Assembly (NCBI GenBank): GCA_012295275.1
Contig: CM022678.1
Span: forward strand, 8,184,001 to 8,248,000
DNA from: Chrysomallon squamiferum
Taxonomy: Eukaryota > Animalia > Mollusca
Direction of reading: 5' to 3'
DNA length: 64,000 nucleotides
Each line of letters begins with the position of its first letter. Position 1 is the first letter of the stretch. Under the pieces are notes generated by a model that was not told the origin of the DNA, searched no databases, and saw nothing but the letters and a program-made list of their open reading frames with translations. Positions 12,575 through 25,000 of the stretch are shown piece after piece. The position numbers were made by a program, and so were the translations under genes.

Positions 12575-13880
12575 GGGTCATTCCGTGTCAAATCACCCAA
12601 TGGTTTAAACCCGACCGTCTCAGATTTTTATGAAACTTGGTATACTTGTTGACTGGGACCAAATCTGAGTTTATTAAGGTGAAGTAGACCTTGTTCATAC
12701 TCTGTGCCGAAGACTGGGTGTACAAATACATTATGCAGTACATCACTTGATGAAATCTGAGTTCAGACTGGGTTTTACTGTTGTTGACTGAAACCTTGTT
12801 CAAAACCAATGGCAAGGCCCACATGACATGATAAAATTACTTAATAGGTTTTATGAAATAAAAGTATTGTTTATATATCAACATCTGACATTGTGTCCAA
12901 CTTAAAAAGCTTCAGATTGTCAAAGAAATGCAGATGAAGAAACTTCTTTGTCTTAAACTTCTAATTGCCATGTGTTCAATGGGGATTGCACCAGGGAATC
13001 TAAAGGAGTTCCTGACCTGCCTGAAGAATCACTTCCTGTTAACCCTTTGAGCCTGATTTTGTAGAATATGTCATGCCGTTTGGCATCTTTTCATATCCTT
13101 CAGGCATTCCTTCAGACATGTCAGGTGGGTTTTAACTCAAAAGATGAGTTTTTAGTCTCAGAAAAAATGTACATTGTAATGCATTGTATCAATCATCCAT
13201 GCAGGTATGCATTTTTTTAAATCTCTATTATGGCTAAACAAAAAATATTATACCCAGGAAACTTTTATATGTGAACTTTATGCATACATGTAGGCCTACA
13301 ATGTCTTACTGGATGATCAAGAGAGATGGTGATTCCTAGCATCCAGAATTGACCATTCAGGTTTTAGTTAATCAGATGTTAATGGCTGAAAAGGTATTAT
13401 TTTCATGTATGTGCATTTTTAAAATCTATATTGTGGATAAACAAAAAATATTACACCCAGGAAACTTTTATATGTTTTAGTTAACATGCGGGAGATTAAA
13501 TTTCAATAAAGGTTATCTCAAGATCACGTGATCCATACGGTCAATTTCAAGGTCATAGCAAAGGTCAAAAGGTCAAGGTACTCCAATATTTTCCAAACTA
13601 AACGAATCCTTGTCATTTTTCCTTTCTAACCAATTTTATGAAGATTCGCCCAGTAGTTCCTGAGATATAAGGGTTCTAAAGTTGGTGGTCACACCCATTT
13701 TTGGCAAAAATCTCAAAATTCGGTGGGCCGTATCTCCCACACCACTGGTCTGATTGAGCTAAAATTTCAGATTTGGTGCTGTGGGATCCCAGTCAACAAG
13801 TATACCAAGTTTTATAAAAATCTGAGAAGGTCGGGTTTAAATTTCTTCTTTTTTTTGGGTGATTTGACACGGAATGACCC
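12575..13880. mobile_element. Non-autonomous TIR DNA transposon (MITE-like, 1306 bp); GGG..CCC termini and 4-bp TSD resemble Sola2
   Basis: Perfect 26-bp TIR gggtcattccgtgtcaaatcacccaa (12575-12600 / 13855-13880) plus a 55-bp inner IR with 2 mismatches (12604-12658 / 13787-13841). TATA flanks both sides; the paralogous site near 18640 has a single TATA. Superfamily is an inference. Confidence 0.9.
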
Positions 13881-14389
13881 TATATCAAATATAATATTAA
13901 ACGAAAGAATATAATGATATAATTAAGAACATAATCAAGTAACTCTCAAAATGTAGAGTCTTGGAAGGAAATGAATTTGTAATCAGATAGAATCTATTGT
14001 ATAAAAATATTTACTTGAATGAAATATGCCACTTTAAATTTTGCATTCCCTTAGTCTCTTATTTCTGTTATATATTTTCAGAAATGAATAAGAAAGTAAG
14101 AACCAGAATTCAGGACCTTGATGAAAGAGAATAAAACGTGAAGTGAGAAAAATAATTTGGACAAATTACAAACTGTTGTTTTAAGAAATATCCCCTGTAC
14201 ACTTTAGCACAGTTAATTCACTTTGTGTTTTATTTCACGTAACATTACATTCAAAAGATGTCTGATTTGTGAATCTTCTACTAAGATCATAGTAGTCGTG
14301 GTAACCTAATGAAATGAAATTCACAACAAAGAGAAAATGTGATGTGTGTACGGAATTAATTTTCTAGAAATAAGAAATATGCAATTAAC

Positions 14390-15109
14390 ATGGCAACTCA
14401 CAGTAATCAAGAATTATTCAGCATCCATTCTGGTGAAAAGCCTTTTAAATGTGAAGTTTGTGCAAAATGTTTCTCATACAGGGTGAATGTGAAAAATCAT
14501 ATCAGAATCCATACTGGAGAGAAGCCTTTTAAATGTGTAATTTGTGTAAAATGTTTCTCAGAGAGTTCGAATCTAAAACGTCACATGAAGCACCACACTA
14601 ATGAGAAATCTTTTAAATGTGAAGTCTGTCGAAAATGTTTCTTACAAAGAGGAGGTCTGAAAGATCATATGAAAGTCCATACTGGAGAGAAGCCTTTTAA
14701 ATGTGAAGTCTGTGGAAAAGGTTTCTCACAGAGAGTAAGTTTGAAAAATCATATGAGAGTCCATACTGAAGAGAACCCTTTTAGATGTGAAGTTTGTGCA
14801 AAATGTTTATCATGCAGATATAACCTAAAAAATCACATGAATGTCCATATTGGAAAGAAACCTTTTAAATGTGAGATTTGTGGAAAATGTTTCAGGTTAC
14901 ATGAACAGTTAAAATCTCATATGATGGTGCACTCTGGAGAGAAACCTTTTAAATGTGAGGTTTGTGCAAAATGTTTCAATCACCGTTCGACTTTAAAAAG
15001 TCATATGAAGATCCATACTGGAGAGAAGCCTTTTAAATGTGAAGTTTGTGCAAAACGTTTCTCACACAGTTCGAGCTTTAAATATCATGTAAAAATACAT
15101 GATAGATAG
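14390..15109 (+). CDS. C2H2 zinc-finger protein, 8 fingers (239 aa)
   Basis: Intact [22 protein letters not shown]...SHSSSFKYHVKIHDR*; 8 canonical fingers. Confidence 0.92.
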   Translation: MATHSNQELFSIHSGEKPFKCEVCAKCFSYRVNVKNHIRIHTGEKPFKCVICVKCFSESSNLKRHMKHHTNEKSFKCEVCRKCFLQRGGLKDHMKVHTGEKPFKCEVCGKGFSQRVSLKNHMRVHTEENPFRCEVCAKCLSCRYNLKNHMNVHIGKKPFKCEICGKCFRLHEQLKSHMMVHSGEKPFKCEVCAKCFNHRSTLKSHMKIHTGEKPFKCEVCAKRFSHSSSFKYHVKIHDR

Positions 15110-16730
15110 AAACCTTTTAAATGTGAAGCTTATGGAGAATGTTTTATTCACGGAGTTGGAATCTCAAAATTCAGATAAAGATCCAAACTGGTGAGATGTC
15201 TTTCAAATGTGAAGTTTGAGCAAAATGTTTATCACGAGGAGATGTTCTGAAATGTCACATAAAGATACATAGGGTGACAAACGTTGTAACTATTGAGTTC
15301 GTGTGAAATATTTCCAACACGCTGGTATCTAAAATATCACACGATGTTCCGCTTTTATTAGAAACGTTTGAGCAATGACTGATGATACCTGAAAATAGAA
15401 GTGATAATTTGTCAAATACTAACCATAAATAAAAAATACTGTTTTGTAATAAACATTTAAGAAAAGGTAACGAAGAATACGAGTTTTGATTAGTCTGACT
15501 GATAACAAATCTGAAATAGAAAGTCCTACTAACTACTTCTACTACTAGCACTAGTATCATTACTGCCTTTACTGTTGCTACTTATACTACCACTGATACT
15601 ACTACAACATCAGGGCAGTGGATATTAGACGTCATTCCAACTTTCGTCAATTCCTTGTTATTGTTATAACAGATTATCTTAATTTAAGAAACAATGTTTG
15701 TCTCTTTCACTGCTTTTCTGTCTGTATGGGTTGATATCCAATTTGGTCTTTTGTATTTGTTTTGAATTTGTAATTATGTATGTGAGTGTTTACCATCACC
15801 ATCCGCTCAAATAACACTACTGCTGCTTTATATTACTTTAACTGTGCAGCTGTTTCAAATGACTGTTTTATTAACTTATAATCTTGAACACTACATGTTC
15901 TTTGTAAGCAGCTAGGTCTTCTTCATTTTACAAATATAGAAAACAGCGAAATACGCAAATAAATCGAAATGCATCCTTTGATGCTAATTTCAGAATAAAA
16001 TGTAAAAAACAATGACACTAATATACAGGTGTTTAAATGATACAGTCATGTTAAGCAGCATTTCGTTGAACTGGCAGTATACGGCGATTTCACCTATGTG
16101 CAAACTGAATTTAGGAAGATTTCCCATGGAATACAAATGTATACAGATAGATAAAATTATATAAAGACATACACAGATGAAAAAGATACAAACATAATAA
16201 AGCCATATAGACAGACATATGTTAGTATCAGTTTGAAGAGTTTCGGATAGCAGTAACAGATTAGGATGTCTTCATAATAAACAGGAGTAGTTTAGGTCTG
16301 TTACTAGACATTTTACTATTTTTTGTTCCGGGAGTCTTTAGTAATAACGTATAATGTCTCACTAATTAAATGATGAAAATTTAATCCAAAACATGAAAAA
16401 TATGTCGTATCTAAATTAAAGTATGTTACAGCCTGTAAATGAAGACAAAAGTTAAGAAATGTTCTGTAACAGTCAAGATTTCTCTACTTTAAGATGTCCC
16501 TACACTGATTGGAGATATTAAAAATTTCAACGTGGTACCATTATCATTCTTGGGGATTGGCCGTTCATTTTATATATCCATTGTCACAGTGGCAAAGTTT
16601 CTATATTAAAGTTAGGAAAGAAACGTTATACATCACTCAAGAATTAACAACACTTTATTAGCATTTACTGCCATAGTGAGAAAACACTTATTACAGTTTA
16701 AACAAACGAACCTGCTATGGATAAATAAAC

Positions 16731-16869
16731 AAATTTAAAATGTCATATGAAGAACCATAGTGGTGAGAAGTCATTTAAATGTGAAATTTGTGGAACATTT
16801 TTCTCACGACATGGACATGTAAAACGTCAAATGATAGTCCACAATGGAGATAAACCTTTTAATAGTTAA
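16731..16869 (+). pseudogene. Terminal-finger remnant of a deleted ZNF gene
   Basis: Manual translation LKCHMKNHSGEKSFKCEICGTFFSRHGHVKRQMIVHNGDKPFNS*. Confidence 0.75.
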
Positions 16870-18194
16870 ATATTAAGTAGATGATTGATGGTTAATTATT
16901 TTCATGACGACTCTTGAAGAGAGTTGACAGTAAATCCTTTTTACTTTAAATTTCTTGATTCTCGGATTAATATTTATGTGTTCAAGATTATTTTGTAAAA
17001 ATATTAATTTTCATATTAACAGTATATAAAAGATTATTAAATTTTGTGAAATAGAAAGAACAAGCAAACCATGAATATTTTGTTCAATATTTTTATTGTT
17101 TAATTTTATGTAACATTTTATAACTGCTCTAACAGTACGACTGTTGTGACATCTACTAAAACCACTGCAAATATTATAACTACTGCTACCCATTCTGTGA
17201 CAAAAATTCTTTGTACCACAATTACTACTAGTACGTTTTTGACCAGAATTCCTGAGTTTTTGCCGTTAATCCGTACATGTGTGTATGCACACAAACGCAC
17301 ACACTCGCATGTATATTTGTTTTTAATTTTCATAAGAACAGTAATGATAAAATTAAAATTAAAATGTCGGCATATGAAAATAAGTAACAATAATGAAAAC
17401 TATATAAAAGTAAATTAAGACAGACAGAAATATCCGTCTGGTTCGTTTTTGTTGCCGTTCCGACGAAGTGGGTCTGGTTATAGCCGTGTAACAAAATAAT
17501 ACTGTTCTTTGTGTGCGCGCTTTATTCTGAAGGAAATCAATTAGACTACAAAGTTGAGGAAGGGGGAGATAAACCACGGAATTGCTATTGAGACGAGACA
17601 CCTAACGCGTTTAACTTAAATTTTGGAAATGAATGGAAGGAAAGAAATAATTAAACACAAACTCAGGCAATCTAGAAGACATTTGCTGTAAAGTGTTTTA
17701 AGAAATGTTCGCAAAACATGAAGATAGTTCGTTTCGAGTTAAATAGTGACGTGGTATTCCTTGTTTACGTTTTGTACCTATAAAATAATAAAGTATAATC
17801 GTTTGTTTTTAGTTTTTTATAGAAACGTCTGTTAAAGATTGCTATATTTTTATTATTACTTAAATACAGCATAGAACTAATTAAATATTTTTCAAATGCC
17901 AATAAATAGAAATATTTGTTCAAGAATAAATGTCGACTGTATAAACTAGTCCAGTGGAAACATTGTAACTATTGTTTGTATTTAGCGTATGCTTGTAGCT
18001 TAACACTTTAAATCACTCAAATATATCATTATTACACATTTGTAACAATAGATCACATAATATTGTTTTAACAGCATTCTTTGACCATTCTGTGGTACAT
18101 GAATATTTGTAATGTGATGATATCCATACAGTAATATATATATTTACAATCTTATGAGTTCATAAATTAAATTCTCTACCTTCTTCTTTGCCCA

Positions 18195-18700
18195 TTATAG
18201 GAAACAAGCTTTGAAGTTCAACATACTGAATATTTGTTGGTATTTAGAAAGGATCCAGACTTATTTGAGAAAAGTTCAAGGTATTTAGCTTCAGTTATAA
18301 TTTCTGTATTAAATAATTAGCAATGCAAATGACATGATGTTCATTAATAATTAGACAAGAATTTATCTTACTGGATATCTTTTCAAGTTACATACCTGAA
18401 TCAAATGCTCCTTGAAAATTGATAAAACATGGTACATATTTTTCTTATTTCCTTTTAGTAAATTAATAGAAAACATTTTATATAGGATTCTTCTCAAAAA
18501 CAACAATACTAATTCAATTTGATCAGACAATACTGTCAATTCTTTGTTAGTGATGAATGTAAATAATAGTCTGAAACATCTGCTTGGTAATAGCATAGAT
18601 AACAATGCTTGCGTCAGTTCTTGTTGTAGGAATTACCGCTATATCAAATATATTATTAAATGAAAGAACATAATTACAATGATGTAATTAGGAAAATAAT
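18195..18700 (-). mobile_element. LINE RT fragment containing the empty TIR-element target site
   Basis: Minus ORF 18363..18605; paralogous to 12130-12570 joined to 13885-13930. Confidence 0.55.
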
Positions 18701-19167
18701 CAAGCAACCAAACATAGGGCTTTCAAAATGTATAGTCTTAGAATGAAAGGAATTTCAAATTAAATAGAATCTATTGTTTAAAATTATTTACTTGAATGAA
18801 ATATGCCACTTTAAATATTGCATTCCCTTAGTTTCTTTTTTCTATTTTATGTTTTCAGAAATGAATAAGAAAGTAAGAACCAGAATTCAGGACCTTGATG
18901 AAAGAGAATAAAACGTGAAGTGAGAAAAATAATTTGGACAAATTACAAACTGTTGTTTTAAGAAATATCACCTGTACACTTTAGCACAGTTAATTCACTT
19001 TGTGTTTTATTTCACGTAACATTACATTCAAATTATGTCTGATTTGTGAATCTTCTACTAAGATCATAGTAGTCATGGTTACCTAATGAAATCAAATTCA
19101 CAACAAAGAGAAAATGTGATTTCTGTATGGAATTAATTTGCTAGAAATAAGAAATATGAAAATTAAC

Positions 19168-19887
19168 ATGGCAACTCACAGTAATCAACAATTATTCAGC
19201 ATCCATTCTGGTGAAAAACCTTTTAAATGTGAAGTTTGTGCAAAATGTTTCTCACGTAGGGACAATGTGAAAAATCATATCAGAATCCATACTGGAGAGA
19301 AGCCTTTTAAATGTGAAATTTGTGTAAAATGTTTCTCAGAGAGTTCGAATCTAAAACGTCACATGAAGCACCACACTAATGAGAAATCTTTTAAATGTGA
19401 AGTCTGTCGAAAATGTTTTTCACAAAAAGGAAGTGTGAAAGATCATATGAAAGTCCATACTGGAGAGAAGCCTTTTAAATGTGAAGTCTGTGGAAAATGT
19501 TTCTCATGCAGATATAATCTAAAAATTCACATGAATGTCCATATTGGAAAGAAACCTTTTAAATGTGAGGTTTGTGCAAAATGTTTCAATCACCGTTCGA
19601 CTTTAAAAACTCATATGAAGATCCATACTGGAGAGAAGCCTTTTAGATGTGAAGTTTGTGCAAAATGTTTATCATGCAGATATAATCTAAAAAATCACAT
19701 GAATGTCCATATTTCAAAGAAACCTTTTAAATGTGAGGTTTGTGCAAAATGTTTCAATCTCCGTTCGACTTTAAAAACTCATATGAAGATCCATACTGGA
19801 GAGAAGCCTTTTAGATGTGAGGTTTGTGGAAAATGTTTCTCACACAGTTCGAGCTTTAAATATCATGTGAAAATACATGATAGATAG
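19168..19887 (+). CDS. C2H2 zinc-finger protein, 8 fingers (239 aa from MATH; an in-frame ATG also lies at 19156)
   Basis: ORF track 19138..19887 (TTG start); ATG 19168 is homologous to paralog starts. Fingers 4-5 and 6-7 form an internal two-finger repeat (CRYNL / RSTL). Confidence 0.92.
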   Translation: MATHSNQQLFSIHSGEKPFKCEVCAKCFSRRDNVKNHIRIHTGEKPFKCEICVKCFSESSNLKRHMKHHTNEKSFKCEVCRKCFSQKGSVKDHMKVHTGEKPFKCEVCGKCFSCRYNLKIHMNVHIGKKPFKCEVCAKCFNHRSTLKTHMKIHTGEKPFRCEVCAKCLSCRYNLKNHMNVHISKKPFKCEVCAKCFNLRSTLKTHMKIHTGEKPFRCEVCGKCFSHSSSFKYHVKIHDR

Positions 19888-21518
19888 AAACCTTTTAAAT
19901 GTGAAGCTTATGGAAAATGTTTTATTCACGGAGTTGGAATCTCAAACTTGACATAAAGATCCAAACTGGTGAGATGTCTTTCAAATGTGAAGTTTGAGCA
20001 AAATATTTATCACGAGGGAATGTTCTAAAATGTCACATAAAGATACATAGGGTGACAAACGTTGTAACTGTTGAGTTCGAGCAGAATATTTCCAACACGC
20101 TGGTATCTAAAATATCACATGATGTGCTACTTTTATTAGAAACGTTTGAGCAATGACTGATGATACCTGAAAATAGAAGTGATAATTTGTCAAATACTAA
20201 CCATAAATATAAAATACTATTTTGTAATAAACAACATTTAAGAAAAGGTAATGAAGAATACGAGTTTTGATTAGTCTGACTGATAACAAATCTGAAATAG
20301 AAAGTCCATCTAACTACTTCTACTACTAGCACTAGTATTATTAGTGCTTTTACTGTTGCCACTAGCACTACCACTGATACTATTACAACATCAGGGCAGT
20401 GGATATTAGACGTCATTCCAACTTTTGTCAATTCCTTGTTATTGTTACAACAGATTATCTTAATTTAAGAAACAATGTTTGTCTCTTTCACTGCTTTTCT
20501 GTCTGTATGGGTTGATATCCAATTTGGTCTTTTGTATTTGTTTTGAATTTGTAATTATGTATGTGAGTGTTTACCATCACCATCCGCTCAAATAACACTA
20601 CTGCTGCTTTATATTACTTTAACTGTGCAGCTGTATTTTGTTTCAAATGACTGTTTTATTAACTTATAATCTTGTACACTATATATTCTTTGTAAGCAGC
20701 TAGGTTTCTTCATTTTACAAATATAGAAAACAGCAAAATACGGAAATAAATCCAAATGCATCCTCTGATGCTAATTTCAAAATAAAATGTAAAAAACAAT
20801 GACACTAATATATAGTTGTTTAAATGATACAGTCATGTTAAGCAGCATTTCGTTGAACTGAAAATGTACTGCGATTTCATTTATGTGAAAACTGAATTTA
20901 GGAAGATTTCCCATGGAATACAAATGTAAACAGATAGATAAAATTATATAAAGACATACACAGATGAAAAAGATAAAAACATAATAAAGCCATATAGACA
21001 GACATATGTTGGTATCAGTTTGAAGAGGTTCGGATAGCAGTAACAGATTAGGATGTCTTCATAATAAACAGTAGTAGTTTAGATCTTGTTCTAGACATTT
21101 TACTATTTTTTATTCCGGGAGTCTTCAGTAATAAGATATAATGTCTCACTAATTAAATGGTGAAAATTTAATCCGAAACATGAAAAATATGTCGTATCTA
21201 AATTGAAGTATTTTACAGCCTGTAAATGAAGACAAAAGTTAAGATATGTTCTGTAACAGTCAAGATTTCTCTACTTTAAGATGTCCCTACATTGATTGGA
21301 GATATTAAACATTTCAACGTGGTACCATTATCATTCTTGGGGATTGGCCGTTCATTTTATATATCCATTGTCACAGTGGCAAAGTTTCTATGTTAAAGTT
21401 ACGAAAGAAACGTTATACAACACTCAAGTATTAACGACAGTTTATTAGCATTTACTGCCATAGTGAGAAAACACTTATTACAGTTTAAAGAAACGAACCT
21501 GCTATGGATAAATAAACA

Positions 21519-21656
21519 AATTTATAATGTCATATGAAGAACCATAGTGGTGAGAAATCATTTAAATGTGAAATTTGTGGAACATTTTTCTCACGACATG
21601 GACGTGTAAAACGTCAACTGATAGTCCACAATGGAGATAAACCTTTTAATAGTTAA
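21519..21656 (+). pseudogene. Terminal-finger remnant of a deleted ZNF gene
   Basis: CHMKNHSGEKSFKCEICGTFFSRHGRVKRQLIVHNGDKPFNS*. Confidence 0.75.
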
Positions 21657-22734
21657 ATATTAAGTAGATGATTGATGGTTAATTATTTTTATGACGACTC
21701 TTGAAGAGAGTTGACAGTAAATCCTTTTTACTTTAAGTTTTTGCCGTTAATCCGTACATGTGTGCATGTACACAAACGGACACAAACGCATGTATATTTG
21801 TTTTTAATTTTTATAAGAACAGTAATGATAATAAAATTAAAATTAAAATGTCGGCATATGAAAATAAGTAATAATAAAAACTATATAAAAGTAAATGAAG
21901 ACAGACAGAAATATCCGTCTGGTTCGGTTTTGTTGGCGTGTGGATGAAGTGAGTCTGGTTAAAGCCGTGTAACAAAATAATACTGTTCTTTATGATATTA
22001 GAGTGCGCGCTTTATCCTGAAGGAAATTTAATAGACTACAAAGTTGAGGAAGGGGGAGATAAACCACGGAATTGTTATTAAGACGAGACACCTAACGTGT
22101 TTAATTTTAATTTTGGAAATGAATGGAAGGAAACAAATAATTAAACACAAAATACGGTAATCTAGACGACGTTTGCTGTAAAGTGTTCTAAGAATTTTTC
22201 GCAAAACATGAAGATAGTTCGTTTCGTGTTAAATAGTGACGTGGTATTCCTTGTTTACGTTTTGTACCTATAATCGTTTTTTTTAAATTTTTTATAGAAA
22301 CGTCTGTTAAAGATTGCTGTATTTTTATTATTACTTTAATACAGGATAGAACCAATTAAATAATTTTCAAATGGCAATAAATAGAAATATTTGTTCAAGA
22401 ATAAATGTCGACTGCAAAACTGGTCCAGTGGAAACATTGTAACTATTGTTTGTATTTAGCGTATGGTTGTTGCTTTACACTTTAAATCACTCAAATATAT
22501 CATTATTACATATTTGTAAAAACCAATCACATAATATTCTTTTAACAGCCTGCTTTCACCATACTTTGGTACATTAATATATGTTACAGAAGTGATATTC
22601 ATCTAGTATACATTTTTTTAAAACAAAAAGTTAAATGTCAGCTAGCATTTGTAATGTGATGACATCCATACAGTAATATATGTATTTATTATCTTATCAG
22701 TTCATAAATTAAATGCTCCACCTTCTTTTCTCAG

Positions 22735-25000
22735 TATAGGAAACAGGCTTTGAAGTTCAACTGACTGAATATTTCTGGGTATTTACAAAGGATCCAGAGT
22801 TTGTTCACACAAGTTCAAGGTATTTAGCTTGAGTTATAATTTCTGTATTAAATAATTAACCTTGGAAATAACTTGATGTTCATTAACAATTAGACAAGAA
22901 TTTATCTTACTGGATATCTTCACAAATGCTCCTTAAAAATGGTTAAAACATGGTACATATTTTTCTTATTTCCTTTTAGTAAATTAATAGAAAACATTTT
23001 ATATAGGATTCTCCTCAAAAACAACAATACTAATTCAATTTGATCAGACAATACTGTCAATTCTTTGTTAGTGATAAATTTAAATAATAGTCTGAAACAT
23101 CTGCTTGGTAATAGTACAGATAACATTTCTTACTCAGTTCTTGTATTTTCTACATTTCCTTCTAGTCAAGCTGTGGGAATTATGGTTATATTAAATATAA
23201 CATTAAATGAAAGAACATAATCAGAATGATATAATGAAGAAAATTAATCTAGGCTTGAAAGTGAAATCTTTTTGGATATGGTGTTATAGAAATTAATATA
23301 GTGAACGTTTTAACTTAACATGTAGAGGATTTCAGTTAATTCCCTGGGAAATCCGAGATGATTACAGAACCTTTGAGTTTTACAACCCACCATCTAAATA
23401 ACTGACATGTCAGCTGTTTGATCACTTCCTTTATTTAAATTCTGTACAGTGACTATGCCACCAACTATAAATGTTGGAATGTTCTGACAGAATTGAGCTG
23501 AAGTTATATGCACATGTAACATAAATGAATTATATATATAACTTTATAATATGATCTTCTCTCTCTCTATAAATATAAATATACATATATGGAACATTTG
23601 GGGCAAAAAGTGGTTTTGCAATACAGGAACCAGTTATAGTATATTTAAAAATCTGTTAATATCTTGTTTTTAGAACAGTTTATATTTCTAAGATAAAGCA
23701 AAAGAAAGAAAAAATGTTGTATTGATTTTAGCAGATCCTATTTTATTGTTAAGAGATTAACACTACTGTTGTGAAGTTTATCACTTTACTGGTGAGTAGT
23801 TGTGCAGTTGGTAGTTCTGCTTAAAAACGAAGATTGTTTCCCAGTGGTAATCTAAAAGCAAACACATTTAGATTTATATCTAATAATATGGAGGTAGAAA
23901 TTGTTACCGAGTTTAAATTCATCTTCATTATTTGAAGTAAATCTGGATCTGCAAATATTAAAACAGATTTAACCAGCTGATGTTGAGAAGCAGTGTTTGC
24001 TGTATTAAAAAATGTAGAGAATACAGTTTATTACTAGACTGTAACTTACATTTGTTTTACAAGTTTGTTAGAAATAAATAATTATGTCGATGTGAAATCT
24101 GCATTTGATGAATTTAGATATAGTTGAAAGGCTTTATATGCAACTCTATATATTATGTTAACTGCAAAGAGTTTAAATTGTTTAGTGTGCTTTTGATGTT
24201 ATTATTAATGTAAATAATATATCAAAGTGTTGGTTATGTTGTATAAAAACTGTTCTAGATGAATACAAAGCTATATAAAAATGCAGTAGACATAAACTTG
24301 AGTCAACAAAATGAATTTATTATACAATGCGTAAAGGTTGAATTTAAAGTGGAACATTATCTTTACAGCTTCCAGTGCAAAATGCTACAGCATTATGTAA
24401 ATATATAACAAGTAATATCTTGTATAAAAGCTATACTGGTTGAATGTGGTATACGTAACATATATTTAGATGTGCAAGTGGATGTCTTTTGATTATAAAA
24501 TGCAGTTAAAAGAATTTTGTAGTCAGTTCTTACAAAAGTGGAATAAAAATAAACTTGAGTCATCACAAGGAATTTATAACAGAATGTTTAAAGGTGAATT
24601 TAAAATAGAACATTATCTTTATAGCTGTCAGTTTAGCATTATATAAATTTAGAACTAATAATGTCAAACTTCCTATGGTATCTGGTAAATGGTTTAATAT
24701 TGAAAGGGAAGAGTGAATATATCATTTATGTAATTCTGATATTGGTGATTTGTTCCACTATATTTTTAACTGTACATTTTTCTCTTTTGGGAGAAGTAAA
24801 TATATTCCACACTATTATACACTTAGACTAAATACAATAACATTTCAACATTTATTATTTGGTACAAAAAGGACTTAACTTTTGTATAAACTTGTCATTG
24901 ACAGAATCAGTCTTCTGGGTTACATAAAAATTAATATGTTTTGTATCACTACAGAAAATACTGTTTAAATTGGATTTAGTTTGTGTTCTCATACAGTCGC
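22735..25000. mobile_element. LINE fossil with an inverted 5' part (minus, ~22735-23815) joined to a sense 3' part (plus, ~23820-25000)
   Basis: Plus part reads KTKIV.., EIVTEFK.., CEI.., EHYL.., KFRTNNVKLPMVSGKWFNIER..HLCNSDIGD.FHYIFNC. Minus part carries RT N-terminal motifs. Confidence 0.6.
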
